A stretch of 64,000 nt of DNA from Paraburkholderia sp. GTDB taxonomy: Bacteria > Pseudomonadota > Gammaproteobacteria > Burkholderiales > Burkholderiaceae. Under the pieces are notes generated by a model. It did no database searches and was not told the origin of the DNA. It was given only the letters and a program-made list of their open reading frames with translations. Positions within the stretch are counted from its first letter, which is position 1; each line of letters begins with the position of its first letter. The position numbers were made by a program, and so were the translations under genes. This document shows, in pieces, positions 28,768 to 39,161 of this stretch. Where the stretch lies: positions 32,556 through 96,555 of the forward strand of contig NZ_JAMFSB010000023.1 of the NCBI RefSeq assembly GCF_026225065.1, written 5' to 3'.

Positions 28768-29205
28768 GTGAATTATCCCGTCAAAACCGTTGCCCAGTTG
28801 CGGCCCCTCCTGCAGGGATTCCGCAAGGCCGCCGGGCTCACCCAGGCCATGCTTGCCAGTCGCCTCGGCGTGACACAACAAACCTACGCGCAACTCGAGG
28901 CTGATCCATCGGCCGTCAGCGTTGAACGGCTGTTCAAGGTGCTGCGCGTGCTCGAAGTCGACGTGGTGCTGGCCCAAACGGCCGCCAGCGCAGCCGAACC
29001 GGCCGTCAGCGAAAAACGTACGGTTCCATCCCGGCCCACGAAGGCTAAAACGCCGGGAACACCCGCGCACGGCACGAGTCTGGCCAAACAGCGCGGCGCC
29101 GCCGGGCCCCGTAAAGCGGCCCCGAAGGCCTCGCCACTGACCCAACAAGACGCCGGACCGAAGCGCCAGGTCAGTAAAACCAGCAAGGCAAAGGAAAACT
29201 GGTAA
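28768..29205 (+). CDS. hipB: HipB-like XRE antitoxin with a long low-complexity tail
   Basis: RKAAGLTQAMLASRLGVTQQTYAQLE HTH; terminal Trp (KENW); 2 bp upstream of hipA. Confidence 0.88.
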   Translation: MNYPVKTVAQLRPLLQGFRKAAGLTQAMLASRLGVTQQTYAQLEADPSAVSVERLFKVLRVLEVDVVLAQTAASAAEPAVSEKRTVPSRPTKAKTPGTPAHGTSLAKQRGAAGPRKAAPKASPLTQQDAGPKRQVSKTSKAKENW

Positions 29206-29207
29206 CC

Positions 29208-30533
29208 ATGCCGCGCGGCACGCAAACGAACCGCTTGAACCTGTGGATGAACGGGTTACCGGTTGGCTATTGGGAGACAACCCGCAGCGGCGAGCGTCTC
29301 GCGTATCGGGACGACTGGATCGAACATCCGCAGGGTCGCCCGCTTTCGCTGTCGCTTCCGTTTACGCCGGGGAATCAGGCCTATCGAGGCGAAGTCGTCG
29401 CAGACTATTTCGACAACCTGCTCCCCGATAGCGAGCCCATTCGCCGCCGCATTGCCCGGCGTTATCAGACCGGCGGTACCGCACCGTTCCAGCTTCTCGC
29501 CACGCTCGGCCGGGACTGTGTCGGGGCTATCCAGATGCTACTGCCGGACGAAGAGCCCGTCGGGCTCCAGAGCATCAGGGGGCGCCCGCTCAACGACGCC
29601 GAGATCGCCCGCTTTCTCCGCGACACAACCTCAGCGCCGCAACTGGGTCAGCACGAACCCGCGGACGATCTGCGCCTGTCGATTGCCGGTGCGCAGGAAA
29701 AAACCGCCCTTCTGTGGCACAACGGCCAATGGCTGTTACCCAAGGACAGCACGCCGACAACGCATATTTTCAAGCTACCCCTGGGGCTCGTCGGCAACAT
29801 GCGCGCCGACATGCGGACCTCCGTGGAAAACGAGTGGCTCTGCGCGAAAATCGTCGCGGCTTATGGATTACCAGTCGCCCAATGTGAAATCGCCACGTTC
29901 GAAGAACAGAAGGTACTCATCGTCGAACGTTTCGATCGCAGGCCATCCACCGGCGCACGCTGGATTTTGCGCTTACCTCAGGAAGATATGTGTCAGGCAA
30001 CCGGCACGCCCGCGCTTCGCAAGTACCAGGCGGACGGCGGACCGGGTATCGAGGAAATCATGGAAGTGCTCGCCGGTTCCGAGCGCTCGATGCAAGACCG
30101 GCGCAACTTCTTCCTGACGCAGATCCTGTTCTGGCTGCTCGCCGCCACCGACGGACACGCCAAGAACTTCAGCATCGCGCACCTGCCGGGCAACCGTTAC
30201 GAGTCCACACCCCTTTACGACATCCTCTCGGCCCACCCGATCATCGGTCGCGGCGCGAATCACATTGCCGCACAGCGGGTGAAACTGGCGATGGCCGTGC
30301 GCAGCAAAAACGTCCACTATCTGATCAACCAGATCCAGCGCCGCCAGTGGATTGCTCAGGGGCAACGCGTCGGATTTTCGCCGGCAGAGGTCGAGGAGAT
30401 GATCGGCGAGCTCGCAGCGCAAACGCCCGGCGTGATCGACGAGGTAGCCGCCCTGCTACCCCGGGATTTCCCGTTGGACCTTGCCGAGGCGGTTTTCGAT
30501 GGCATGCGGCGGCTGGGCAAAAAACTGGGCTAG
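29208..30533 (+). CDS. hipA: HipA serine/threonine kinase toxin
   Basis: PLSLSLP, FDNLLPDS, GRDCVGA, SIAGAQEKTAL, THIFKLP, ATDGHAKNFS and PLYD motifs. Confidence 0.96.
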   Translation: MPRGTQTNRLNLWMNGLPVGYWETTRSGERLAYRDDWIEHPQGRPLSLSLPFTPGNQAYRGEVVADYFDNLLPDSEPIRRRIARRYQTGGTAPFQLLATLGRDCVGAIQMLLPDEEPVGLQSIRGRPLNDAEIARFLRDTTSAPQLGQHEPADDLRLSIAGAQEKTALLWHNGQWLLPKDSTPTTHIFKLPLGLVGNMRADMRTSVENEWLCAKIVAAYGLPVAQCEIATFEEQKVLIVERFDRRPSTGARWILRLPQEDMCQATGTPALRKYQADGGPGIEEIMEVLAGSERSMQDRRNFFLTQILFWLLAATDGHAKNFSIAHLPGNRYESTPLYDILSAHPIIGRGANHIAAQRVKLAMAVRSKNVHYLINQIQRRQWIAQGQRVGFSPAEVEEMIGELAAQTPGVIDEVAALLPRDFPLDLAEAVFDGMRRLGKKLG

Positions 30534-31729
30534 CGGTAATCTGGCGACAGCTTGCGCACCCGGCTACGATCCACCATCACCGAAGCGAACCAGAGAACCA
30601 GGCCGCATAGGGCGAGCAGGCTGCCCACCCATCCCGGCGAAGTCCATCCGTACCCCGCTGCGATAGCGAGGCCGCCAAGAAACGGTCCGAGCGCGTTAGC
30701 CGTGTTAAACGCGGAGTGATTCAACGCGGCTGCGAGACCTTGAGCGTCTTCCGCGACGTCCATCAGGCGGGTCTGCAGCACCGTGCCAAGCGCGCCGCCC
30801 AGCCCGATCAGAAACACATCCAGCGTGAGCAGCCAGACATTGCCGGCTACCAGCGGAAATACCGCGAGCGCGACCGCGCTCCACACCAGAATCCCACCGG
30901 CTGTGCGCATCAGGGCGCGGTCGGCAAGAATCGGCACCAGCAGATTGCCTAGCGTCAGCCCCACGCCGAAGATACTCAGCACGATCGGCACGACATGCGC
31001 CGAGACACCCGTGACCTCACCCAGCACGTCGGCCAGGTAGGTGTACACCGCGAACATGCCGCCAAAGCCGATCGCGCCGATGCCAAGCGTCAACCACACC
31101 TGCGTGTGCCTGAGCGCGCCGAGTTCACGCAGCGGGCTCGATTCCGGATGCGCCGGCTCGTACGGCGCCAGTCGCCATACAAAGGTCATCGTCACGACGC
31201 CCATCAGGGCCACGAGGCCAAAACTCCAGCGCCAGCCAATCGCCTGGCCTAGCCAGTTCGCCATCGGAACGCCAACGATGGTCGCGAGCGTCAGGCCGAG
31301 GAACATGCGCCCGACCGCGGTTGTGCGGCGGTTTTCCGGCACCAGCGAGGTTGCCACGAGCGCCGCGACACCGAAATAGGCGCCGTGCGGCAGCCCGCTC
31401 AGGAAGCGGAACACCAGCATCCAATGGTAGTTGGGGGCCACCGCGCTCAAGCCGTTGCCGAGCGCAAAGACTCCCATCAGCGAGATCAGCAGCGTGCGGC
31501 GCGGCAGCCGCGCTCCCAGTACGGCGAACACCGGCGCGCCAACGACCACGCCCAGTGCATAGGCGCTGATCACATGCCCTGCCGTGGGCGCGTCGATCCC
31601 TAGGCCGCGAGAGAAAAATGGCAACAGGCTCATCGTCGCGAACTCGGTCGTGCCGATCGCAAATCCCCCCATGGCGAGCGCGAAGATCACCCAACCTGGA
31701 TGCAGTTTTTTGTTGCCGGTATTGCTCAT
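30530..31729 (-). CDS. MFS transporter (AraJ/YdhP-like DHA1)
   Basis: FAIGTTEF, GHVISAYALGVVVGAP and GLPHGAYFG motifs. Confidence 0.92.
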   Translation of the reverse strand: MSNTGNKKLHPGWVIFALAMGGFAIGTTEFATMSLLPFFSRGLGIDAPTAGHVISAYALGVVVGAPVFAVLGARLPRRTLLISLMGVFALGNGLSAVAPNYHWMLVFRFLSGLPHGAYFGVAALVATSLVPENRRTTAVGRMFLGLTLATIVGVPMANWLGQAIGWRWSFGLVALMGVVTMTFVWRLAPYEPAHPESSPLRELGALRHTQVWLTLGIGAIGFGGMFAVYTYLADVLGEVTGVSAHVVPIVLSIFGVGLTLGNLLVPILADRALMRTAGGILVWSAVALAVFPLVAGNVWLLTLDVFLIGLGGALGTVLQTRLMDVAEDAQGLAAALNHSAFNTANALGPFLGGLAIAAGYGWTSPGWVGSLLALCGLVLWFASVMVDRSRVRKLSPDYR

Positions 31730-31900
31730 TACCTGTCCTTAAGCCGACCGCGCCGTATGCTGCTGCGCACAATTCGGCCTGCACTTTAGCGCATTCCGGG
31801 AAATAGCGCCGAACGCTCAAAAAGCGTTGCGAGGCGCGGCGGACGTCGGAAGGGAAGAGAACATCATTGCCATGCGGAGTCGTCCACACCCATCGCCACA

Positions 31901-32422
31901 TCAAACGCCCAGTTGATACTCGCTCTTGACGAGCCCGCTTGCGTACTGATGTGTCGCGATATGCGTGAGAGGAATGTCGCGCAGCAGGTCGCCAAACAGC
32001 GGTATTCCAGTGCCGATAAGAACGGGCACGCGCGTAACGGTCAGATGCTGTATGAGACCCGCGCGCAGAAATGCCTGAATGGTGATCCCGCCATCCACGT
32101 AAATATGCTGGACACCGCGACGCTCGAGCAGAGACACCACATCCGCTGGCGCCCCTTCGATGTGCTCGACAAGCGCACCGGTGGGCGCTTTGGCCAATGG
32201 GCGAGTACTCAGGACGAATACTGGCTTTCGCGCATAGGGCCACGCATCGAAGCCCAATACCGTTTCGTATGTGTTGCGGCCAATGACGAGCGCATCCACC
32301 GTGGCCATGAATTCATCGTAGCCGTGGGGCTCACCACCACCCGCCGGAAGAAAATCAAGCGAGCCATCGACCCTTGCGATGAAGCCATCAAGACTGGTTC
32401 CGACAAAGACGGATGCTTTCAT
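31901..32422 (-). CDS. Dihydrofolate reductase-like (RibD C-terminal) protein
   Basis: TSLDGFIA, GRNTYE, YVDGG and PVLIGTGIPLF motifs. Confidence 0.9.
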   Translation of the reverse strand: MKASVFVGTSLDGFIARVDGSLDFLPAGGGEPHGYDEFMATVDALVIGRNTYETVLGFDAWPYARKPVFVLSTRPLAKAPTGALVEHIEGAPADVVSLLERRGVQHIYVDGGITIQAFLRAGLIQHLTVTRVPVLIGTGIPLFGDLLRDIPLTHIATHQYASGLVKSEYQLGV

Positions 32423-32889
32423 GGCAAAGCCCTCGATGTGCAGTGCGTCACGGCAAAGTCTGCGCTGCCAGTTTTACGCGAAGCTTACGCAAACAACGAA
32501 CCGCGCTGTCATCAACGGTCATGCAGATTATTATTGGTCAGACAATTCTCAGGATAAAATCGCGAGCGAAATACAGGCGGGGGACGCATTGCGCCTGCAA
32601 CTCATTCAAACAATATCGACCCACATCCGCAGATGAGTGGAAGCCCGACACGTGCTCCAATCCCATCGAACCGCATAGCCAGCAAGAGGCGCAAACGTTT
32701 GGCGAGCCCCTACTGGATACCCCCGTGCGATCGCATAGATCAACTGAATAATCGCGCTCAAGTTTTCTCCACGTGTGCCGTAAGTTTGCCTATGCGGAAT
32801 GCGGCGATTGTGCAGGACAGAACCGCATCGAGCCGCGTCCGCCTTACTGGGGACTTTCGCCTGCTTTCCTCAGCCCTTGGGGTTCAACC

Positions 32890-34410
32890 TTGCGCCGCCC
32901 GTCGCCATCACTGAAAGTTCTCTTGCCGCTCGCGTGTGCGTTCGTCTGTCTGCACGCACTGGTGCTGCTCGTCTTTCGCTCCCAGGCGGCCGTTCTTACC
33001 TACCCCTTTCTGCTGCTCTGCCCGACGCTCGTCATCGCGGCCTGCGGCTGGCGCGTGGCAACTGTCGAGCGCAAATCCCGCTCGGCGTGGATCCTGCTCG
33101 GCGCCGGCATGTTCCTCTGGTTGTGCGGCATGCTGCTCAGCGCGTGGGAGGACATCTTCCAGCACATTCCGGTCAGCGTCGCCTACTTTTCGGATGTCTG
33201 CTTCTTTCTCTTCGATGTGCCGATCCTGCTGGCAATTTCATCGGTCTCGGCAGAACAGTCCATTCCGTTCTTTGTCTGGCTCGACGGATTCCAGGCACTG
33301 CTGACCGGTTACCTGACCTACGTCACCATCTTTTCCGTGACGCCCTTGTCGGGTGCCCAGCTGCAGCCCGTTTCGATCTCGGTACTGCTTTTGACCTACA
33401 AGGCCGAGAACGTAATTCTCATCGTGGCATCCACGTTGCGCCTGGTGGCACAGCCGCGCGGACACGAGCGGCGCTTCTACGAAGTCCTCTGCGCCTTCCT
33501 TTGGGTCTACGGGATCATGGCATGGGTCTATAACGATCTGGCCGTATCGACCGACACCCACAATCTGATCGACCTGATGGCCGATCTGCCGTTTCTGTTT
33601 CTGGCTGTGGTGGCCGTGATACCCACCTCGCCGCGATTTCAGCTGGTGCAGCCCGCGCAGAGAAAGAGACTTGCGCTCTTCATCGAAAACGTCAGCCCCA
33701 TTTTCTATACTGTCGCCCTTCTGGCGCTCAGCATGTCCGTGATACGCCGGCATTTCTACGAAGGCATGGTCGGGGTGTTCACTGCGCTGGTTGTCTACGG
33801 CATCCGCATGACGACTTTGCAAGGCCGTCATTTGCGGGTGCAGCACGAGTTGCACGAGGCCCGGGACCGGCTCGAAGCGATGGCGTTGACCGATGGCCTC
33901 ACCAACGCCGCCAATCGCCGCCATTTCGATCAAACGCTCATCATCGAGTGGAACCGCGCGGTCCGCAATCAGGAACCGCTTGCGTTGCTCCTCGTAGATA
34001 TCGACTACTTCAAGAGACTCAACGACCGCTATGGTCATCCGGCCGGCGACAGATGCCTCATTTCGATTGCGGCCGCGCTGCAATCGATGTTGCCGCGCGG
34101 TGGCGACCTGCTCGCGCGCTATGGCGGCGAAGAGTTCGCTGCTATCCTTCCGTCGACCGACGAAGACGGCGCACGCCTCGTGGCGAAACGGATGCAGGAA
34201 GCGGTCCGTTCGCTTAATATCCACAACGAGACGCCGACGGGGGCGCTCGTCACGGTCAGCATTGGCATTACCGTTTTCGAATCGTCATACGCCGAAGCCG
34301 CCGAGATCGTCGAGGCGGCGGACCAGGCGCTGTATCGCGCGAAAGAAAGTGGCCGCAACCGGGTCGAGGCGATGCCACAACGCGAGTACTTGCGAGAAAG
34401 GATTGGTTAG
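32890..34410 (+). CDS. Membrane-bound diguanylate cyclase (multi-TM sensor plus GGEEF domain)
   Basis: About 9-10 hydrophobic segments; TDGLT..NRR, DIDYFK.LND.YGH..GD, RGGD I-site, GGEEF, ADQALYRAK..GRN. The start is uncertain (TTG 32890 or GTG 32773). Confidence 0.92.
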   Translation: MRRPSPSLKVLLPLACAFVCLHALVLLVFRSQAAVLTYPFLLLCPTLVIAACGWRVATVERKSRSAWILLGAGMFLWLCGMLLSAWEDIFQHIPVSVAYFSDVCFFLFDVPILLAISSVSAEQSIPFFVWLDGFQALLTGYLTYVTIFSVTPLSGAQLQPVSISVLLLTYKAENVILIVASTLRLVAQPRGHERRFYEVLCAFLWVYGIMAWVYNDLAVSTDTHNLIDLMADLPFLFLAVVAVIPTSPRFQLVQPAQRKRLALFIENVSPIFYTVALLALSMSVIRRHFYEGMVGVFTALVVYGIRMTTLQGRHLRVQHELHEARDRLEAMALTDGLTNAANRRHFDQTLIIEWNRAVRNQEPLALLLVDIDYFKRLNDRYGHPAGDRCLISIAAALQSMLPRGGDLLARYGGEEFAAILPSTDEDGARLVAKRMQEAVRSLNIHNETPTGALVTVSIGITVFESSYAEAAEIVEAADQALYRAKESGRNRVEAMPQREYLRERIG

Positions 34411-34495
34411 ATGGACATAGTGTGCTTGTCATGCTGGCGCGGTACAGACCGCTGATGCCACAGCATATCGAATTCACCATGGGTACCGCTATACG

Positions 34496-35698
34496 ATGAG
34501 CGAAGCGTATTCTTATCTTCTACCCAGCGTAAACAGTGCGTTTCAGCCCATTGTGTCTCTTGCCCATCTGACGCCCCTGGGATATGAGGCGTTGCTGCGT
34601 TCATCGATTAACGGCAGGCCCTGTTCACCGATCGAAGCGTTCCGCCGCGCAGCGCTTGTCGATCGCACCGGCGAATTCGAGCGCGAGTGCGTGCGTTGTC
34701 ACACGGCTCAGTTCGCGCGCCGCGCCGACCACGAAAGCGTTCTGTTCATCAATGTACAGCCCGAAGTACTGATTCATCCGGTTCACGGACCGGGCCTCAT
34801 TGCGGACATCCTCAGTTGCGGCATCCCTTGCGCACGCCTCGCGATCGAAGTGCTCGAAACCCCGCTGCCAAGAAGTCAAACGCTCGTCGATGTGGCCAAC
34901 CAGTTACGGCAACATGGCCTGCTCATCGCACTCGACGATTTTGGCGCCGGCGAAACCAACCTGAGCCGGGTCTGGGATCTGCGGCCTGACGTGGTCAAGC
35001 TCGATCGCGAGCTGATCAGACAGGCCGCAACGAGCCATCGCAAGGCCCGCAGTCTGCGGCGGCTGGTTGGCCTCTTGCACGAAATTGGCACCCTCGTTGC
35101 CATCGAGGGTGTGGAAACGGAGACGGAAGCGTTGTTGTGCCTTGATTGCGATGCTGACTTCGCACAAGGCTACTACTTCGGCAGGCCAGCGCCGTTGCCC
35201 GAGAATGGCGAGTTGATCGTGACAGGTACCGAACACCTGCTAGAAGACTTTCACAGCGCCGAGCGGATCAAGCCGATTGCCGACCTGGTGGCATTGCAAC
35301 CCTACCGGGAGGCGTTCCGTGATGTCACGCACGCCTTCTGCATGGGGGAGAGTTTTGCCGATATCGCGCCGCGCTTCCTTGCCCTTCCGCTGTCGATTCG
35401 CATGTTCCTGCTGGATCAGCACGGTGCGCAGATAGACAGGCAGGTCGAATCGACGGATCACCCGATGCGCAAGCAATCGCGCTTCCCCATGCTCGGGAGG
35501 CGCAAGGATGCCAACTGGTCGAAACGGCCATACTTCAGAGACGCGATGAGCCATCCCGGCGAGACCGTCGTCAGCGAACCTTATGTCACCTCGGGATCGA
35601 TGAATCTTTGCTTGACACTCGCTGCGTGCGTCGAAAGCGGCGGGGTCAGGTACGTCCTTTGCGGCGACGTCCTCTTCGAGGAATTGGGAAGCCATTGA
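34496..35698 (+). CDS. EAL phosphodiesterase with YkuI_C-like C-terminal sensor
   Basis: YEALLR, FINV, IEVLE, DDFGAG, VKLDR, EGVE and QGYY motifs; C-terminal NWSKRPYF..SEPY. Confidence 0.9.
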   Translation: MSEAYSYLLPSVNSAFQPIVSLAHLTPLGYEALLRSSINGRPCSPIEAFRRAALVDRTGEFERECVRCHTAQFARRADHESVLFINVQPEVLIHPVHGPGLIADILSCGIPCARLAIEVLETPLPRSQTLVDVANQLRQHGLLIALDDFGAGETNLSRVWDLRPDVVKLDRELIRQAATSHRKARSLRRLVGLLHEIGTLVAIEGVETETEALLCLDCDADFAQGYYFGRPAPLPENGELIVTGTEHLLEDFHSAERIKPIADLVALQPYREAFRDVTHAFCMGESFADIAPRFLALPLSIRMFLLDQHGAQIDRQVESTDHPMRKQSRFPMLGRRKDANWSKRPYFRDAMSHPGETVVSEPYVTSGSMNLCLTLAACVESGGVRYVLCGDVLFEELGSH

Positions 35699-35809
35699 GG
35701 CTTTGCCGAAGCTCGCATTCGACGCCTGGACAATTCAACGGTTCGACATCGCGCTCCAGATCGCCGACAATCGCACATAATCTGGATCTATCTCTCGTCG
35801 CGTCAATCC

Positions 35810-36436
35810 ATGCTTCCAACTTCAAGTGCCGCATTGCTGGCTTTAGGCAGCGCTATCGTGCTGGTCGTGCCCGGTCCAACCAACACCTTGCTCGCCACTG
35901 CCGGCCTGCGGCGCGGTATGAGGCGCTCGGCGCATCTGACGGGCGGCGAATTTGCCGGCTACCTCGTGTCGATTTCGGCGTGGGGATTTTTTCTTTCGCA
36001 TGCGGCGACGTCGCTCACCTGGCTGCCTACGCTACTGCGTCTCGCGAGCAGCCTGTATCTTGCGTACCTGTCGGTTCGCATGTGGCAGTCGGCGAACTCG
36101 TTTTCTTCGTCGACACACGCGACAATCGGCCTGCGTACGCTGTTCGTCGCCACCTTGCTCAATCCGAAAGCCATCCTGTTTGCCGGCACCATCTTTCCGG
36201 CAGCAGTGTTCCAAAGCCCTGGCGCCTATCTTGAAGCCATGGCAATCTTTACCGCCCTGCTCGTCCCCATTGGCCTGCTGTGGATTACCTTTGGCGCGGG
36301 ACTCGGCAGCGGCCGCCTGAAGCGGGTTAATCCCGTGCACGTGCAACGTTGCGCGTCGATCATCCTGGCTGCGTTCTCTCTGTCACTTGCGTGGGCAGCG
36401 TTGCATCAGGTGGTGCGGCTTTCAGGTTCAGCGTAA
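35810..36436 (+). CDS. LysE/RhtB family translocator
   Basis: VPGPTNTLLA and TLLNPKA motifs; hydrophobic. Confidence 0.85.
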   Translation: MLPTSSAALLALGSAIVLVVPGPTNTLLATAGLRRGMRRSAHLTGGEFAGYLVSISAWGFFLSHAATSLTWLPTLLRLASSLYLAYLSVRMWQSANSFSSSTHATIGLRTLFVATLLNPKAILFAGTIFPAAVFQSPGAYLEAMAIFTALLVPIGLLWITFGAGLGSGRLKRVNPVHVQRCASIILAAFSLSLAWAALHQVVRLSGSA

Positions 36437-36547
36437 GCATCAAGCCGCTCGCCTGTTCAGTCCGTCACCCAGATCTTCCGAGCCCTTAAGACCCCAGCGA
36501 TCCTCTCGTGTATCGCACCCTGCGCAATACGCTTCTCGAGGCCTCCC

Positions 36548-38962
36548 CTACTGGTAGTCGCTGAAGCGCGAATCCGCAGGCACCGTAGATGGTAGCGCCG
36601 TATAGCCAGGCACGCTCGACTGAAACTGCTGAAGCAGGCCGTTGTCGATCCTGGAGAATCCCTTGAGCTGCAGTTGCAGCAATACCCGTGTTCCGCTGGT
36701 GGGTTCCCCTGTCGTGTCATCCTCTTCGCTGTATTTCTGTACCGCCAGACTCAGCGACCAGCACTGCGCGTCATACTGAACGCCAAGCAAACCGGCAATC
36801 AGGTGATGCGACAGCATGTCGTAATTGAAGCGGCCAACGGTGGAGAAGTTGCGAGTCAAAGGCCATTGCGCCGACAGGATCACCTGATTTTCCGGTTCAT
36901 CGTCGATTGTCGTGTTATCGCGAATGTAGCGATACCCAAAATTCACGATTTCACCGTCCGCGGGCTTCCATGTAAAACCCACGGTCGCGGCGTCGATGCG
37001 GTTGTACCGTTCGTCGTATTCCATCGACTGCTCTGCCGAGACATCACGCCCCACCTTGAACGAAGTCCCCATCGCCACGGAAGCGCCGCGCAGATCGGTT
37101 TCCGGTTCATCCTCCACTAACGTCACCTCGGGATTGGTGAAATAGTATTCCTGCGCGATGGTGAAGCGGGCCCGTTCGTCGCCCGTCGAAGGGTCGATAA
37201 ACCGCGTCGTCAAGCCGCTGGTCAGGCGATTCAGATCGGCCACACGATCGCCGCCAATAAACGTGTTGCTGGTGAAAATCTCCGCGAGACCAAAGTCCGC
37301 CTGAGCGGTATCGAAGATCGGCGCGAATGTCTGGTTGCGATACGGTGTGTAGACGTAATAGAACCGTGGTTCCAGCGTCTGGATGTAGTCCGTGCCGAAC
37401 AGATTGACGCTGCGCTCGAAGACCATTCCCGAATCAAGCGTGAGCGTGGGTACGTTATAGCTAAAGGTCTTGGGTTGACCGGTCGGCGCGGAGCTGCTGA
37501 TCGAAGACAGATCGTAAGCCGCGAAATGCCATTGCAGCTTCGGCGTAAAAAACCACCCCGGATGCACGATCGGGTAGCTGACGTACGGGTCGAACACAAA
37601 ACGGCTGCCCTCCGTGGCGCCCGCAGTGTCAATGGTAAAGCGCGTCGCGTCGGCCTCAGCGCCGAAATCGAAGCCGGCGACATTGTATTTCGCGTACTTG
37701 ACGTCGATTTCCGGTTCGCGGTTGTACGACGGACTGGCCGTAAACGACTGCCAGTGCTGATCGCGGAACAGCATCGACCACGGTCCGTCGTTATAGGTCA
37801 AGCCCGCTTCCTGCTGGAACTCCGTAGTAGCCGCGAGCGGAACTGCACTGCCTTCGGCAAGGTCGGTGGTCACGTTCGAATCCGACACACGGTTGTAGTT
37901 CACATACGCGCCAAAACCGTTGGCAAGATTCTGGTTGTGGATGAAGGTGATCGCGTAACGATTGGTTTTGGTGATCGCATCGTCCGGCAGAAACGAAGCG
38001 CTCAGGCTTCCCGAGTAGTCGGGCGAAAGATAGCGAAAGTTCTCGGACAGCATGTCGCCGCGCTTCGAGAGAAAGCGCGGTGTCAGCGTCAAATCGTAGT
38101 TCGGTGCGAGGTTGAAATAATACGGAAGCTCGATATCCTCGCCATTCGTCGAGCTCACCGAGAAGGTGGGCGGAAGCACGCCGCTGCGGCGGTCGTTGTT
38201 GAGCGGAAACGATAACCACGGGCTGGCGAAGATGGGCACGCCCTCGAAAAAAATCACGCCGTTTCGTGCTACGCCTACGTTCGTCGCATTGTCGATATCG
38301 AAGCGTGAGGCTTTGACGTACCAGGCGGGATCGTCAACGCACTGGCAGCCCGTATAAGTACCGCGGTGAATCACGGAGCGATCGTTGTCGACAATGTCGA
38401 TACGCTCCGCGCTACCGGAACCGTTCGTCAGGTTGAAGCGATATTTCGGCGCCGTCATGTAACCCTCCGACGCATCGATCCTCAGATGTGCCTCGGGGCC
38501 GACTAACACATCGCCATTCCTTACGACATGTACGTTGCCGTATGCATCGGCCACGTCCGTGTCCTCGTCGTAATAGATGGCATCGCCCTTCACGACGGTG
38601 GCGTTCAGGCGTATTTCGCCGTGGCCCTTTAGCGCAATGCCGGTGGCCGACACGCCGTAGACCATATCGCCAAGACCGAATTCGACCGCCGCCTGGCCGA
38701 CCCGCAGCAGATGCTCTTCGAGTTGCGGCGCAAAGTGCAGGCCCCAAGGGCCATCGAGCGATTGAGGTTGGGCGGCTGCCCCCCTCAACTGGGCGTGTGC
38801 TTGGGACCAGGTAAGACTGGCTACCGCCGCGGCGATGGCCGCAAGCCGCGGCGCACGCTCCACCCAGACGATCGACGCACGTCGCAGACACTTTCGCAGC
38901 AACCGCGCCGCCCTGCCGGGCCGGATACGCGGCCGGTAGATCAACTTCCTGCTATCAGACAA
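36548..38962 (-). CDS. lptD: LPS-assembly protein LptD (stand-alone copy)
   Basis: YTGC..PAW, GVPIF..P...FPL...RRSGVLPP, PYYFNLAPNYDLTLTP, QTLEPR.YY and C-terminal CW..LQLKG motifs. Confidence 0.93.
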   Translation of the reverse strand: MSDSRKLIYRPRIRPGRAARLLRKCLRRASIVWVERAPRLAAIAAAVASLTWSQAHAQLRGAAAQPQSLDGPWGLHFAPQLEEHLLRVGQAAVEFGLGDMVYGVSATGIALKGHGEIRLNATVVKGDAIYYDEDTDVADAYGNVHVVRNGDVLVGPEAHLRIDASEGYMTAPKYRFNLTNGSGSAERIDIVDNDRSVIHRGTYTGCQCVDDPAWYVKASRFDIDNATNVGVARNGVIFFEGVPIFASPWLSFPLNNDRRSGVLPPTFSVSSTNGEDIELPYYFNLAPNYDLTLTPRFLSKRGDMLSENFRYLSPDYSGSLSASFLPDDAITKTNRYAITFIHNQNLANGFGAYVNYNRVSDSNVTTDLAEGSAVPLAATTEFQQEAGLTYNDGPWSMLFRDQHWQSFTASPSYNREPEIDVKYAKYNVAGFDFGAEADATRFTIDTAGATEGSRFVFDPYVSYPIVHPGWFFTPKLQWHFAAYDLSSISSSAPTGQPKTFSYNVPTLTLDSGMVFERSVNLFGTDYIQTLEPRFYYVYTPYRNQTFAPIFDTAQADFGLAEIFTSNTFIGGDRVADLNRLTSGLTTRFIDPSTGDERARFTIAQEYYFTNPEVTLVEDEPETDLRGASVAMGTSFKVGRDVSAEQSMEYDERYNRIDAATVGFTWKPADGEIVNFGYRYIRDNTTIDDEPENQVILSAQWPLTRNFSTVGRFNYDMLSHHLIAGLLGVQYDAQCWSLSLAVQKYSEEDDTTGEPTSGTRVLLQLQLKGFSRIDNGLLQQFQSSVPGYTALPSTVPADSRFSDYQ

Positions 38963-39161
38963 TGATTCTGGCTTCGCTCAAGGGTTTATCCGTCGCATAC
39001 GCGCGGTCCCCCTCGCGGGCCTAAAAGTCCGTGGGGGCGCGACGCGCTGCGTAGATAATCACGTTAGCGTGCACCACCCTTTCACAGGTTACCGGTTCGA
39101 TACAGATCCTTATCTGCGCTACAGCGCTCGATTGAGCCGACCGTTCATCCTGCCTGTCATC

